A DNA stretch of 64,000 nucleotides from Torpedo marmorata (GCA_977017645.1 OZ360247.1:16864001-16928000); one strand, 5' to 3'. Counted from the stretch's first letter, positions 12,921 through 25,780 are shown. The notes: generated by a model not told the origin, from the letters alone. A program made the numbers and translations.

Positions 12921-13640
12921 GAGAACGCCTTAAAATCACAGAAATGCTGGAGGAACTCAACCGGTCTCGCAGAACATCTCCCCAGCGCAGAAAGCAAACA
13001 CACAACCTGCTGCCTCAGAATTCCGCGTGAGAGCAAACTACTCATCTCAAACAAATTATGAAAAACTTTGGAATAATTTAATATTTATCGCGAAACCAAT
13101 TCATCTCTGGGCTTTGAGACATCCCGTGAGATTGGTGAGAAGGAGCTTTATGTAGAGGGGAAGCTGAGCTGCTTTTTATTAGGCAAAGCAATTAATTCCA
13201 GTCAAGCGTTGTCAGTATCAGGATGCTCCTTCCTTTGAGAAGCGTGTTCACGATCTGCTTGTGCTGAAGTAGAATTGCTGACAAAATAATAATTCATATG
13301 ACAGACAGTGCATAATACACTGCTGAACTCTGCAATGAGCTTGCAATTAAGATTTGTTACCTACTATTGTCCTCTCCACAGAACTGCAGGACTGTCTCGG
13401 CAAAGTTCTGTCTCTGAATGAGTGTGAAGTGTGGAGATGGTGGTCAGTGTGATCCCTGAGGAAGGAACCCTTTCCCAAGCCAGTCACTGGTTGTCAAAGA
13501 TCTCATCCTTGGATTCAAATGCCACTGTAACCCATGGCTCCTCCCTTATCACAGTATCAGCCCCTACATCCCTCTCTGAGAAGGTAATACCCACTTCCCC
13601 TACTCCCCTCCTGATTGCTGCGACCCCTTCCAACCCCAGT

Positions 13641-13950
13641 ACATAAGAACATAAGAAATAGGAGCAGGAGTAGGCCATCCGGCCCGTCGAGCCTGCTCTG
13701 CTGTTCAATGAGATCATGGCTGATCTGACGATCTCCACCTACCTGCCTTTTCCCCATATCCCTTAATTCCCCTACTTTGTAAAAATCTATCCAACCTTGT
13801 CTTAAATATATTTACTGAGGTCGCCTCCACTACTTCAATGGGCAGCGAATTCCATAGATTCACCGCCCTCTGGGAAAAGCAGTTCCTCCTCATCTGCATC
13901 CTAAATCTACTACCCTGGATCTTGAGGCTATGTCCCCAGGTTCTAGTACT
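13641..13950 (-). mobile_element. CR1 LINE 3' end
   Basis: acataagaacataagaa tail; minus strand RRNCFSQRAVNLWNSLP. Confidence 0.85.
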
Positions 13951-14249
13951 GCTCCTTACCTTTGTAGCCCTCTCACCTCCTTACACCCTTTGTATCCTGC
14001 TCCAGCCCTTAATAGTCCTCCCTCTCACAGTCCCAACAGCCCAACCTTTCTCTGTAACTTCCTCAGTCTCTGCACCTCTCCCTATCTTTGCAGCTCCTTC
14101 ATTCCTCCTGCCTTGGTGACCTGTGAGGCCTAGTCCACAGAACCCATGGTTGATCTGTGAAGTCCAGTGATGGGAAATGCAGAGAACAGTATTGATAAAT
14201 CATCTATGATTGTAAACATGAACATAAAGAACTGAATAATATAAATGAC

Positions 14250-15135
14250 TGTGTTGGTGGCACAATTAGTAAGATGGCATGAAAATTGGTGGGGTTGTAG
14301 ATAGTGGTCCAAGGTGTTGAAGGATAGGTTGAGACATAGATCAGCTGGAAAGTTGGCCAGAGCAGTGGCAGATGGAATTTAATCCAGACAAGTGAGAGGT
14401 GATGCACGTTGAGAGGTCGGATCCTGGTAGGACATGTGGAGTAAGAGGCAGTCAATGATAAGGATGTACAGAGAGAACTGGAGTGCATGTTCATAGCTCC
14501 CTGAAAGTGGCAACGTGGATGGAGAGAATAGTGAAGAAGGCATTTGTATGTTGCCTTTGCAGGCTAAGGCATTGAGTAGAAGAGTCAGGGTGCCACGTTG
14601 TAGTTGTACAAAATATTGGTTGGACTGCAGCGAGTACAGTTCTGGTCAACACTCCACAGGACAGATGTGGTAACAATAGAGAGAGTCCAGAGGAGATTCA
14701 CCAGGATGTGGTCTGTCGTTAAAAGGAGAGATTGGATAGGCTGTGTTTATTTTCACTAGCTGAACCCCTGGGAGGCTGCAGTTATCGAGATTTATAAAAC
14801 CATGAGGGGCATTGATGGGATAGCGTCCTTTTGCCAGGGTAAGGGAGTTTACAACTAGAGGTACAGAATCAAGATGAGAGGGGAGAAATTTAAAGATTTG
14901 ATGGGGAAGTTTTTCAAACAAAGCTGGTGAATATCTGGATGGATATGCAGAGAAGGAGGTGGAGGCAGATACAAGAACAACAATGAAAAGGATTTGGACA
15001 GGTGCTTGGATAAGAAAGACATCGAGGGCTATGGGCCTAATGCGGGCAAAGTGGATTAGCACAGATCGGAATCACAGTCAGCATGGAAGAGATGGGAAGA
15101 AGGGCCTTTCTCTGTGCGGAACAATTCCATGATTC
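14250..15135 (+). mobile_element. Degraded CR1 LINE
   Basis: WQMEFNPDK remnant and typical CR1 3' sequence. Confidence 0.75.
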
Positions 15136-15192
15136 TGCGACCTGGTTGAATTGATCTGGAAATCAGAAATAAAAAAAGAAAATGTTGGAAAC

Positions 15193-15398
15193 TGTAAAAA
15201 TACAATGCTGGAGAAACTCAGCAGGTCAAATAGAGCAAAGATAAAGGTACATAATTAATGTTATGGGCTTGAGCCCTTGACGAAGGTTATGTATCTTTAT
15301 CTTTGCTATTTAAAGTACACTGTTTGATCTGCTGAGTTTCTCCAGAATTGTGTTTTTATTTCAACCACGGTGTCTGCAGACTTTTGTGTTTTACTCCT
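15193..15398. mobile_element. Fold-back Penelope terminal-repeat insertion
   Basis: Inverted arms around ~15280; TSD AA(T/C)GTTGGAAAC at 15181-15192 and 15399-15410; nested in an older related repeat. Confidence 0.75.
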
Positions 15399-16216
15399 AA
15401 CGTTGGAAACGTTTCAGGTCAGTTTTGAGGAAGGGTCTCTGAGCTGAAACGTTCACTCTGTTTCTCTCTCCACAGACGCTGCCTGACCTGTCAAGTGCCC
15501 CAGAATTTTATGGGTTTGTTTTTAATTTATTTGGGGGTCCTTGTGAGCTGCAATTTTCATTAATGGTGCCCTCAAGAAAAGGGAAATGGGCCTTCAGTGA
15601 GAGATCAGGTGGGTGATTTCCCCCCTCACCTCCATGAGGAGGGAGTGAAGAGTGAATAAAGAGCTGGGAGCAGCACATCCCTCCGATCTATTCATCAACA
15701 TGTTGCCACGGCAATGTCGCAGCAGATACTGGTGTAATTGTATTGCACGATGCATTATTAATCACTTCAGCGTACCTTTAGTGTGAATTATTGGACTGTA
15801 CCTCACATTGGCATCTTCTAAAATTCATCATAAGATGTTTTAATTTTAACCACGGAGGGTTCTGTAGAAGTGAATGATATCAGGCTTTGTGTGTTGTGGC
15901 TTTTGAACTGCAGGTTGGACTGGTATTCAATAAATGATCCTCACCTACTCAGGGTGTTAAAATTCAGTGCCAGCTCCTGATGTCCTCAGTATCCCCTGTA
16001 TTGATCACTTCACATTGACGGCAATGCCTTGAAATGCCTGGCCCTGACTTAGCTATACTCTCCACAAACCTTGTTATCTCTTCTGCCTTTGTGAAACCTG
16101 CCTCTGTGGCTGTTTCAGTTAGTCATAATACTGCCGACCGATGCTCACTGGCAGGGACAGTCTGACAGCACTGATTTGAAATGCTGAGTGCCTTTTACGA
16201 AGTTTACTATAAATGA

Positions 16217-16302
16217 CACTCCCTCAGTACTGCCCCTCCCACAGTGCGGCACTCCCTCAGTACTGCCCCTCCCACAGTGCAGCACTCCCTCAGTACTGCC
16301 CC
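16217..16302. repeat. 33-bp tandem repeat CACTCCCTCAGTACTGCCCCTCCCACAGTGC(G/A)G, left flank of Tx1 insertion
   Basis: About 2.6 copies; the array resumes at 19958-20072. Confidence 0.85.
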
Positions 16303-16361
16303 TTTTTTTTAAATTTGAAAAATATTCTTTATTTCACAAGTACATCAAGTTAAACAAACAA

Positions 16362-17380
16362 CTATAACACATAAAACACAAGACAACTATACAACTGTAT
16401 TAAAATGTTGCCATCCCCATCAATGATGGAGTGTACACCCCGCGGTGCCCAGCGCTCAAACCGCCCGATCTCGGAGTTCCGGCCCTTGGTCGACCCCCTG
16501 GTGTACTCCTGACACAGCAGAAGATTGCCCACATCCCACCACAGCCGCAGGGAGCAGAATTCCTCCCGCTGCCCCCTCCAGGTGGTCCAGAACTCCCTGA
16601 ACGAATCCCGGAATCGGTTGTCCTCCAGCAGCCGGTTGTTAAAATGCCAATACGCGGACGCCACCCGCGGGCAGGACGGAGTGAACTCCGCCCAGACGAG
16701 CTGGTGGTCCGAGCACATCACCGGCTGCATGGAGGCAGCCGACACCCAGGAGACATGCGCTCTGGAGATATACAATCGGTCAATTCGCGAGCCTCCCCCT
16801 CCTCCATCCCTCCTCGAGTAAGCAAAGGAGTCCGGGTGGAGGTTCCGCCAAACATCGACCATATCGAAGGAACCCACTAGCTCCCTCAGCAGCCTCACCG
16901 AGGCTCAGCAAGACCGAGGGCCAGAACGATCCCTGTCCTCGACGGTGCAGTTAAAATCACCCCCGAGGATAACACATTCGCCCTGGCTAAAAGAAGCCAG
17001 TAGGGCGGACACATCTTGAAACAGGCACGCCTGCGTCGGGCCGGGCTCAGGGGCATAAACGTTGAAAAGGTGCAACGGTACGCCATCCTGGCGCACGGCC
17101 AGATGGAGCAGACGGCCAGGCACCAGCTCCTGAACCGTTAGGATCTCGGGTTGGAAGGTCGAGGCCAACAAAATAGCCACCCCGCTCGAAGTGGAGCTCA
17201 GGTGACTCATGTATACACCCCCGCGCCACTCCAGGAGCCAGGTGGATTCGTCTCCTGGACCGGTGCGGGTCTCCTGCAGGAAACTCACCGCATATCTCCC
17301 ACTCCTAAGGACCGAGAGCTGGTAAAACCTGAGGAGAGACCACCTACCGCCGTTGATGTTCAGGCGATGGTAATCTTCAT
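16362..17380 (-). pseudogene. Tx1 ORF2 endonuclease domain, frameshifted and truncated
   Basis: ORFs 16905-17390 and 16362-16898 carry APE motifs; no RT motifs are present. Confidence 0.85.
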
Positions 17381-18133
17381 GACAAGTCACTGGAGACTCC
17401 GTCGCCAGAGCCCTGGGTAGAGGGAGAAGAGCTCCTTGCAGAGCCTCCCCTCGCTATAACTGCCGGCAGCAAGGCCTGCAGGAGTGACTTGAAATTGCGC
17501 CGCTCATTCCTGGTCAATTCTGACTCCTTCCTCGTCCTTTTAAGTATGTTATAAATGGACTGAGCAACCCCAGGGAGATCTGACCAGCGGGTGGTAGCCA
17601 ACTGGGCTTTATTCTGTCTCCCCCGGGTGTCCTCCAGGAACCCCCTCACCTCCCCCACAGTGACGACCGTGGATCCAGAACTGGGGACAAAGAGGCCTGC
17701 CAGCTCTGCTTCAAAGGAGTCCTCCTCGCTGTATCCCACATCTTTGTCCTCCTCCGGGCAAGCACCCCCACTGGCCGACATGCCCTCTCCTGTCTGTGTG
17801 GCAGCGACCAAGGGAGGCCCTGACGCCCCTTGATCCAGGACCCCAGGCGCGGCAGGGCTTGTGCCCCCTACACCACCACTTCCCAGTACAGACGACTCAC
17901 AGACCATCCTTGAGTCCGAACGAAGGACACGTATTGTTGAGTCGTGCCCGCCTCCACACCCTGGTCACCCATCTTCACAGAGTGGACCGGTGACCCATGA
18001 ACTGAGCGGACTGGTTACCCAGGGGCCATCTGTCCCTCGACAGGACCCCTTGCCTCGATAGAGGCCACCAACTGGGATACCACCCCACCAGGCGACCCTC
18101 CTCCATCAGGTAACCCCTGGATTCTGGGGCTAT

Positions 18134-19417
18134 CTACCTCACCGGGCGTCGCGCACTCTGGGTTCGTAACCACACCAGAGGGTAGGTCCCCTCCCTCCCG
18201 CTCAGCGGAATCCCCCACCGACTCCGGATATGTTTGCTCAGGAAATGCAGCCCAGTTGGAGGGAAAATCACCACAACAGGGCCACCCTCTAGCTCCGAGA
18301 AGACACTCTCCGCGCATGTGACCTTTACCGGGGGTAAATCCCCTTCCTCAGGTTCCCCCTTTCCCTCTTCTGCGGACACGTGTCTCCTGCGCTTTGTCCC
18401 ACCTACTTTCTGAGGCACGGAGACTTCCATCTCTGAGGAATCCTCACCCTCTGGCACCCCATCACCCTCCCCGACTCCCACAGGCCCCTGTTGACCCCCA
18501 GAGACTATCGGGTCCTCTGGGTCGGGCCTGGAGGAAACCGCCGACTCCTGCTCCTCCAGAGGAGGGGCCTGGAGGTGTTTCGTCTTCCTCCGTGCCTTCC
18601 TCCCCTTTGCAGGAGTCCACACCTCCCCACCATCCGGCCCACGCTCTTCCCCAATGCCCGTTGCCCCCACCGCAGGAGGGACATCTACCCCGGGGGGAGG
18701 AACAGCTGGAGGGGGGACAGCAGAAGAAGGGCCAGCTGCGCCTCCTTGCACCGTCGAGGTGGAGGCAACAGCCCGCCGGTTAGGGCAATCCCTCCGAATG
18801 TGCCCATACCGCTTGCATTCCCGGCACCTCGGACGCCCCGTGGCCCAGTACACGGGATAAGTACTCCCCTCCACGTCCACCTGGAACTGCCCCTCAGTAT
18901 CCCCTCCCCGCGCCAACTGCATAAAAACGAGCCTTTTAAAGCCATACAATGACTTATAGCCAGGTACGGCAGGCTTACGCAGCATCGGGGTGATATCCGA
19001 TTTTATCTCCCCCAGAGATCGCAGGTGAGGGAGAATGGCTGTATCAGGAATATGGGGATACACGGCAGACAGGACCACCTTCTGCACGCGGGCCATCACT
19101 GGCTCCACCGGTATGAAGAGCCCTCCCACCGACAGCCCCTTACTCAGGGCCAGGGACACCTCTTTAGTGGACCGCAAGAAAAACATTGTCTTCCCGTGAA
19201 TTTTATCTACCGCGACAATACCCTCCTTCCCACCTAGAGTCTGAGACAGAGCTTTTAAACCGCCTTCCAGACCGATGAACGGAGGTATATTACATTGTAC
19301 GGCATTTTCCAAAGTCATTAATCTGAAGGGTGACACCTTTGCAGGAACCCCACCTCCAGGAGCTGCAACTGCTGTGTAGGTCCGAGGGGCCGCCATCTTA
19401 GAGCTGCAGCTCGCCAT
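18134..19417 (-). pseudogene. Tx1 ORF1 (RNA-binding protein with CCHC zinc knuckle), frameshifted downstream
   Basis: 427-aa ORF with CRECKRYGHIRRDC knuckle; a likely C-terminal continuation lies in other frames (to ~17377). Confidence 0.85.
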
Positions 19418-20446
19418 GATGAAAGTCCTACGCAGTCAGTAATTATCACACCTGCTGATATGAAACACTGTCCTTCTACCAGCAGAGAACACAATCAGTT
19501 TTCCAAAAGTTTAGCAGTGCAGGGAAGGGAGTATGGTGGGAGTTTCCACAGGAATGTCTGTGCACTGATGACTGCAACGCTCTTCTTCTCGAGCGCAGGG
19601 AAAATGTCCTCCTCCGAGTCAGCCCGATTCTTCTGCAGCCTCACGAGTCCCAGGAGCCGTCGATGATCTTCGTCCCCCAGTCGTCCTAGGCGAAGGTCCT
19701 CGGTTGGGAGTGGGCTTTCCGATGATAACGACCCAACTCCCACTGAAATCCAGAAATGGCTTTGGCGATCTGCCAGCCACTGCTGCTCCCACAGCACTCA
19801 GGCACGGTCAAAGACCTTGCAGTACAAAATCTTCTTTCTTCCTCCGAAAACGACCACCGCTGGGATGAGAATGCGCTCCCACACTTTTCAGCGACCTCTG
19901 CACTTGCACTTATCAATTTTGAAAACCATAAATTTTTGGTCGACGATAGAGCTCACGCAGTACCGCCGCTCCCACAGTGCGGCACTCCCTCAGTACTGCC
20001 TCTCCCACAGTGCGGCACTCCCTCAGTACTGCCCCTCCCACAGTGCAACCCTCTCTCAGGTCTGCCCCTCCCATAGACATATATTTCGAGCGACTGCTGA
20101 ATTTGACTATCGTTCTACTGCAGTTAGCAATCAAGTTAACGCACTTGCTATGATGTGGGAAGAACAGCAGCCAGCATGTGGGCTCTCTGGTGAGGATTGC
20201 ACGTGCAGTGCACATTCGTGAAGGAAGCAGGAGGAGTCGTCCATGACTTCTCCAGAATAACCGCTGAATTCAAAAGTCTCAAAAACCTGTGAGCCTGATG
20301 TTTGAGACAAACTTCAAAGGATGAACCAGCACCAGCTGCAAATGCACGATTGGCTGCACGTCTGCTGCATCTGGTGCGGAATTGGACTGACACCTGACAG
20401 CAGTTCTGAGGGAGCGTCACACTGTGCGAGGGGCAGTTATGAGGGT

Positions 20447-21060
20447 GTGCTGCACTGGCAGAAGGACAGTACAGAGAGCACTGCACTGGCAGAGCGGCAG
20501 TACAGAGAGCACTGCACTGGCAGAGGGGCAGTACAGAGAGCACTGCACTGGCAGAGGGGCAGTACAGAGAGCACTGCACTGGCAGAGCGGCAGTACAGAG
20601 AGCACTGCACTGGCAGAGGGGCAGTACAGAGAGCACTGCACTGGCAGAGGGGCAGTACAGAGAGCACTGCACTGGCAGAGGGGCAGTACAGAGAGCACTG
20701 CACTGGCAGAGGGGCAGTACAGAGAGCACTGCACTGGCAGAGGGGCAGTACAGAGAGCACTGCACTGGCAGAGGGGCAGTACAGAGAGCACTGCACTGGC
20801 ATAGGGGCAGTACAGAGAGCACTGCACTGGCAGAGGCACAGTACAGAGAGCACTGCACTGGCAGAGGGGCAGTACAGAGAGCACTGCACTGGCATAGGGG
20901 CAGTACAGAGAGCACTGCACTGGCAGAGGCACAGTACAGAGAGCACTGCACTGGCAGAGGCACAGTACAGAGAGCACTGCACTGGCAGAGGGGCAGTACA
21001 GAGAGCACTGCACTGGCAGAGGGGCAGTACAGAGAGCACTGCACTGGCAGAGCGGCAGTT
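20447..21060. repeat. 31-bp minisatellite CAGTACAGAGAGCACTGCACTGGCAGAGGGG
   Basis: About 20 near-identical copies. Confidence 0.95.
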
Positions 21061-21068
21061 ATGAGGGT

Positions 21069-21324
21069 AACAGAGTGAAACATAAAAGTCTGCAGACACT
21101 GTGATTGTAGTAAAAACACACCGAAATGCTGGTGGAACTCAGCCGGTCTTTTCAGCATCTATAGGAGACAAAGATATATTGCCGTCATTTCGGGCTTGAG
21201 CCCTTCTTCAAGGAAACAGAAACTGAGTCCTTGAAGAAGGGCTCAGGTCAGAAACATTGGCAATATACCTTTGTCTCTTACAGACGCTGAAAAGTCCGGC
21301 TGAGTTCCTCCAGCATTTCTGTGT
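21069..21324. mobile_element. Fold-back Penelope terminal-repeat insertion
   Basis: Inverted arms; flanking direct repeat GCAGTTATGAGGGT at 21055-21068 and 21325-21338. Confidence 0.75.
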
Positions 21325-23284
21325 GCAGTTATGAGGGTGTTCTGCACTGGCAGAGGTAGAGTTATGAGGGTGTTCTGCACTGTTGAAGGAATATCCTTTT
21401 GACAAGATGTGAAATTGACCGGTTTGAAGTTGAAGGTTGAAAGACCCCATGACTGATACAGGGTGAAGAGCCATTTCATGTCCATTCCTAAGGCCCTGAA
21501 ACCAATTAAGTTTAAAACAAAAGGATCACCCACACGGGTGGGTCTGAGTGGCACAATGTCTAAGGGGAAAGGTTGACATGAACTGTTTCACTCTGCACAG
21601 TCAATGTGAAACTCGCAGGTGACTCCCAGCCACCTCTGTTTCAATTCCACGTTCTTGGTTTAACCATTACCACTAAGTGAAGTTAGAGACCCAGACAGGG
21701 TTTTACGACATGCTGAGCATTCTGGGCCTTGTTTTGTTAGCCCACATCAATGGGGTTCCTTCGATACAAATTCTCAGCTGTGACAGTGAGGTTTGAACCT
21801 TTGTCTCTGCATGCCCTTGATTCTGGGTGGTGCCAGCAGTCCACCCACAAGCCTCTACTTGTGCTTGTTAATTATTGGAGGTGAAGACAGAAATTCCATC
21901 TGACCAATGGCCAAGACTGATTGGTCATGGGAAGGTGGCACAGGTGAGGATGGGCGGATTGGATGACCAATAGCAAGAGGCTAGCTGACATGGGTCAACT
22001 GATGGACTCTTCAGGAATTTCAAAGAGTTTAACAGTTTGCATTTGGTTTGTGCATTTTGCATTCCACTTTGGGGCCAGGGCATATTACAGGCAACAAGGT
22101 ACTTTATTAGCAGGAAACAATCTGCTGGAGGAACTCAGCAGGTCGAGCAGCATCAGTGGGAGTACCTCCATCAGATAGTTTTTATTTCTAGTTTGCAGCA
22201 TCTGCAGTCTCCTCTGTCTCTGAGGTACTTTATGAAACATCACCACTTTGGCAAAGTCAGACACACACCAGTCAATTTGTGCACAGCAGCCTTCCACCAA
22301 CAGCACTGGGGGTTCACAGACCCCAGCCCACCTGGTCCTCCTGCACACCAGCTGAGTGACAACCTCCATCATCTCATCGCTAACTCACTTTCCTTGTCTT
22401 AACAAACAAAAAACTGCAGATGATAGAAATCCGAGTTAAAAACAGAGAAGGCCGGGTATACTCAGCTAATCAGGCAGAGCCTGGGGTGAGAAACATTGAC
22501 TGCTTCTCTTTACACCATTGCTGCTGCACCTGCTGAGGATTTCCAACCTTCTCTGTCTTTATTTCAGATTTCCAGCCTCTGCCGTCCTTTATTTTTATTC
22601 CGCGTTCATGGTTTAACTTTGTCCCGTGTTTGGAGGACAGTAAATCGGGTGAGCAGCCCTGAGGTTAGGAGGCAAGCAGCTGACCTGCCTGATTTATGGC
22701 AGTTCCATTTACTCGTTCCTGGATTCACCCCCATCTGATGTGTTTTGAAGTTCAGTGATTTGACGTTTGGCGTTTTCTAAAGTGAAACATTTTGCTGAAT
22801 TTTGACATTTTGCTGCATACTATTGCACTGCAAGGGGCTCTCCCCACGCTGTGTTGGAACAAACCATCAGTGTAGCTGCTGCATTCACTCCTGGAAGGGA
22901 TATTTGCCTGCGGCACAGAGCTCCCAAAATCCAGGCACTAGTCTACTCCCTGGCACCTGAGGTGCCTTCCTCAGCTCACTGTTAGTCAGAAGCCTCTGCA
23001 GGTACCTTTTCCTTCTGGAGAGGCCTTTGCCACCATCCCCTTCCATCACTGTAGCACCTACTCATTCCATGTCAACACTCCCCAGGAACTGGAAGAATGC
23101 TTTATGCGTGTGCGTGTGTGGGGCGGGGGGGGGGGGGGTCCTGACCTTTAAAAGTCTTCTTCCTGAGGTCAGAGCTCTGACGAAAAGTCTGTGATGAAAT
23201 CAATGTCCAAATCAAACTAAATCTCTGCTGCTGGCACTTGATCCATATCCTTCCACCGCTTCATATTCATTTGTCTATCCAGAA

Positions 23285-23530
23285 GCGGCACGGTTGGCAT
23301 AGCAGTCAGTGCAACGCCTTTACAGCGCCAGCGATCGGGACCGGGGTTCAAATCCCACGCTGTTTGTAAGGAGTTTGTACGTTCTCCCCGTGTCTGCATG
23401 GGTTTTCCCCGGGGGCTCCGGTTTTCTCCCACCATTTGAAACGTACCGGGGTTGTAGGTTAATTGGGTGTAAATTGGGCGGCACGGACTCGTGGGCCGAA
23501 ATGACCTGCTACAGTGCTGCATATCTAAAT
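23285..23530 (+). mobile_element. tRNA-derived V-SINE (HE1-like)
   Basis: A-box-like tggcatagcagtcag, B-box ggttcaaatccc, V-domain gagtttgtacgttctccccgtgtctgc, CR1-like tail. Further copies at ~29218-29370(-), 32080-32250(-), 34535-34772(+), 43350-43585(+), 45258-45504(-), 51775-51950(+), 56715-56945(+), 61226-61450(+). Confidence 0.85.
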
Positions 23531-23579
23531 TTTAAAAAGAAATAATTTTTTTAAATGTTTAATTTATAAAAAAGATTAA

Positions 23580-23912
23580 ACACAACTATTGAATCTGCTT
23601 CCACCACTACCCCTAGCAGCTCATTCCAGGAACCCACCACTCTGCGTGCAAAATATTTGCCCTGAACATCTCCCTTAAACTTCCTCCCCCTCGTCTTAAA
23701 TTCACATTGTCTAGTGAGTGACGCTTTTACCCTGGGGATAAGATTCTGACTGTCCACCTCTCAATACCTCTCATGATTTTATACACTTCTATCAGGTTGC
23801 CCCTCAACCTCCTCTGCTCCAGAGAAAACAACCCAAGTTTGTCCAATCTCTCCCCATAACTCACGATCTCTAAACCAGGCACCATCCTGGTAAACCTCGT
23901 CAAAACCCTTCC
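23580..23912 (-). mobile_element. CR1 LINE fragment
   Basis: FKGDVQGKYFARRVVGSWNEL on the minus strand. Confidence 0.8.
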
Positions 23913-24299
23913 ATCTTAATGAACACAAGAATTCCCAGACCAATTAAGATCTAAATTGTAAATAAGACAAGTAACAATATCAGGCAGAGTGCTGTTGCAT
24001 TTGTAAGCCATCTCTACACTAGTCTGACCTCTCCAGAATTCTTCCACTTCAGTGTCCTCTGCTGGTTGTGTGTTTATGAACTTGCTGGTGAAGGGTGACT
24101 GTGCAGGGCGAGGCTGAGAGGGTGTGTTTGATCTCAGTGATTTCAACCCAACATCCCAAAGCAAGATGCGAAACAGGAGACAGCAAAACTCAGCCCCGGC
24201 AACCTCATCCAATGCCACTGTGTGGGTCATGAGATGCACACCGTGCTCTCTTGTTTGGAAAGATTTTATGCTATTTTTCTTTACCTTAATCTGTCCCGA

Positions 24300-24620
24300 G
24301 GCACTTTACTTGCAGTGATATTAAGTTTTGAAGTGTTAATCTGTACCGGACACCGCACATGGCCAAGTCTCACAAAATGGCTCGATAATCTACTCTCGTG
24401 ATGTCAGGAGGCTCTACTGCTCTTCTTTCAAATTGAACCAAGGGGCATTACTCCCACCCTGACAGCCCCGGATCCCCGTTCGACATCACACTTGAAAGCC
24501 CGCTCCTCCAACAGTGCTGCACTCCCTCAGCTGCACACTCAGATCTCTAAAGCCCAGGCTAAACCCGTGACTTTCTCACTGCAGAGTATCATCCTCCGAG
24601 CTACGGTTGACATGAGAGGC
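24300..24620 (-). mobile_element. Old Deu-SINE-like (SacSINE/AmnSINE-related) element
   Basis: ctcctccaacagtgctgcactccctcag segment resembles the reverse of the Deu domain as I recall it; related copies at ~28790-29050(-), ~45670-45730(+), ~53210-53390(-). Confidence 0.5.
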
Positions 24621-24744
24621 ACTCAAGGTCCAGACTGGCCCAGGGATTGAGGGCAGCTATTCCAGGTGGATTTTATCTCCCAGCTCAGGTTGGCGGGTTC
24701 CAGGAGAGGAGGAGGGTTGGGGGGGGTGGGGGGTGGTGGGGGAG

Positions 24745-25780
24745 AAGCAGCAAGCAAAATAAATAAAAATCTTTTTAAGCCTGGCATGGTTTAGGCAATC
24801 AGCTACTGAGATTGCAGGTGCCCAGAATTTATGTTAATCACAGCAGTGGTGTGTTTATTGTGTTAGACTGTGTTATTGCATCACTCAATGTGCATTCGAC
24901 AACCAGCTGTTTAGTAAAGAAGGGGAATGGCTTGAAAACCAAAATAATAATGATATAAAAACGATAATATGAAGGAAATAACTAACCGGGTGTGCATGTG
25001 GGGTTGGATGCAACGTTCTGCTCGCATCATTAACCTGCACATAACAAAGAGTCCAATCAGATATATTAAATGCGGAGCGAGAGGGGAAAATGCTGTTAGT
25101 GTCTGCAGGCTTTGCAGACCTTAATTGATCTTTTAATGCAGCAGGATGAAGCTTTCAATTCCACAGCTTATTTCATTGAATTACCAGCCTGCGCTCAATG
25201 ATTTATGCAATAGATTTGTTTCAGGGTCCCAGGGAATCTCAGCCCTGCTCCCGTACACAGCGAACAACGATGTTAAACCATTGAAGCAACACTGGCTGAA
25301 AGATGCAGGTCCCTGGGCAATGCCATATTTTTTAACCATGCATATTAATGTAAGCCTCCTGGGGCAGAATCTTCCCTCTCTGGCCCTCAGCAGGTTATTG
25401 TGCGTGCTGGTTGCTTTTCAGTTGAAAGCTAAATATAAAATGGAAAAATATATATAATTTTATGCCAGGCATCTGGAGTGAGACTGGGAGAACGGGGGAG
25501 GAATGAAATTCTACTGGTAGGGTATATTGTTTCAGGGAAGAATGCATCCCAACCTGAATCGTCTCATCTCCTTTCCTTTTGATTTAACTCTCTACATTTT
25601 GCCTGATTAATAAATTAACAAGTTGCAAGCAAAACAAAAAATGCTCTTGCAAAATTCATTGCAGTTTGTGTCCTCTGTGAATTTCGGTAAGTGTGAGCCT
25701 GTGAGGGTGTGCATTTGTTTATCTCATTTGCAAGCCGTCAATTCCAAGAGGCTGTGTGAATAAATAAAGAATTCTGAAGG
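24745..25780. promoter_or_regulatory. Candidate conserved non-coding enhancer block
   Basis: About 1 kb free of recognisable repeats, AT-rich, dense TAAT/ATTA, Pbx-Hox-type TGATTTAT at 25199-25206. Conservation not tested. Confidence 0.4.

Larger units (their letters stand above)
16303..19957 (-). mobile_element. Tx1-clade non-LTR retrotransposon with internal deletion of RT
   Basis: Putative 5' UTR, ORF1, APE endonuclease (LNING, FLQET, GVAIL, NVYAP, LGGDFNC, SRIDRLY, SDH) fused to the ORF2 C-terminus RWAPRG; AATAAA and poly(A) at 16303-16310. Confidence 0.9.

Noticed and set aside
12159-13061. Repetitive ORFs or array at the 60-bp repeat
   Set aside because: Plain minisatellite with no spacers or coding evidence.
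13382-13455. Good acceptor (ctctccacag) as a possible upstream SKAP exon
   Set aside because: No SKAP similarity, no convincing donor, and the phase-1 frame hits a stop.
19495-19916. Minus-strand ORFs upstream of Tx1 ORF1
   Set aside because: Short, no recognisable domain; treated as 5' UTR.
20148-21158. Cys-rich keratin-associated-like ORF; CRISPR-like periodicity
   Set aside because: Head-to-tail 31-bp tandem repeat with no unique spacers; eukaryotic context with no cas genes.
23285-23360. tRNA-like A/B boxes
   Set aside because: SINE heads followed by a V-domain and LINE-like tail, not tRNA genes.
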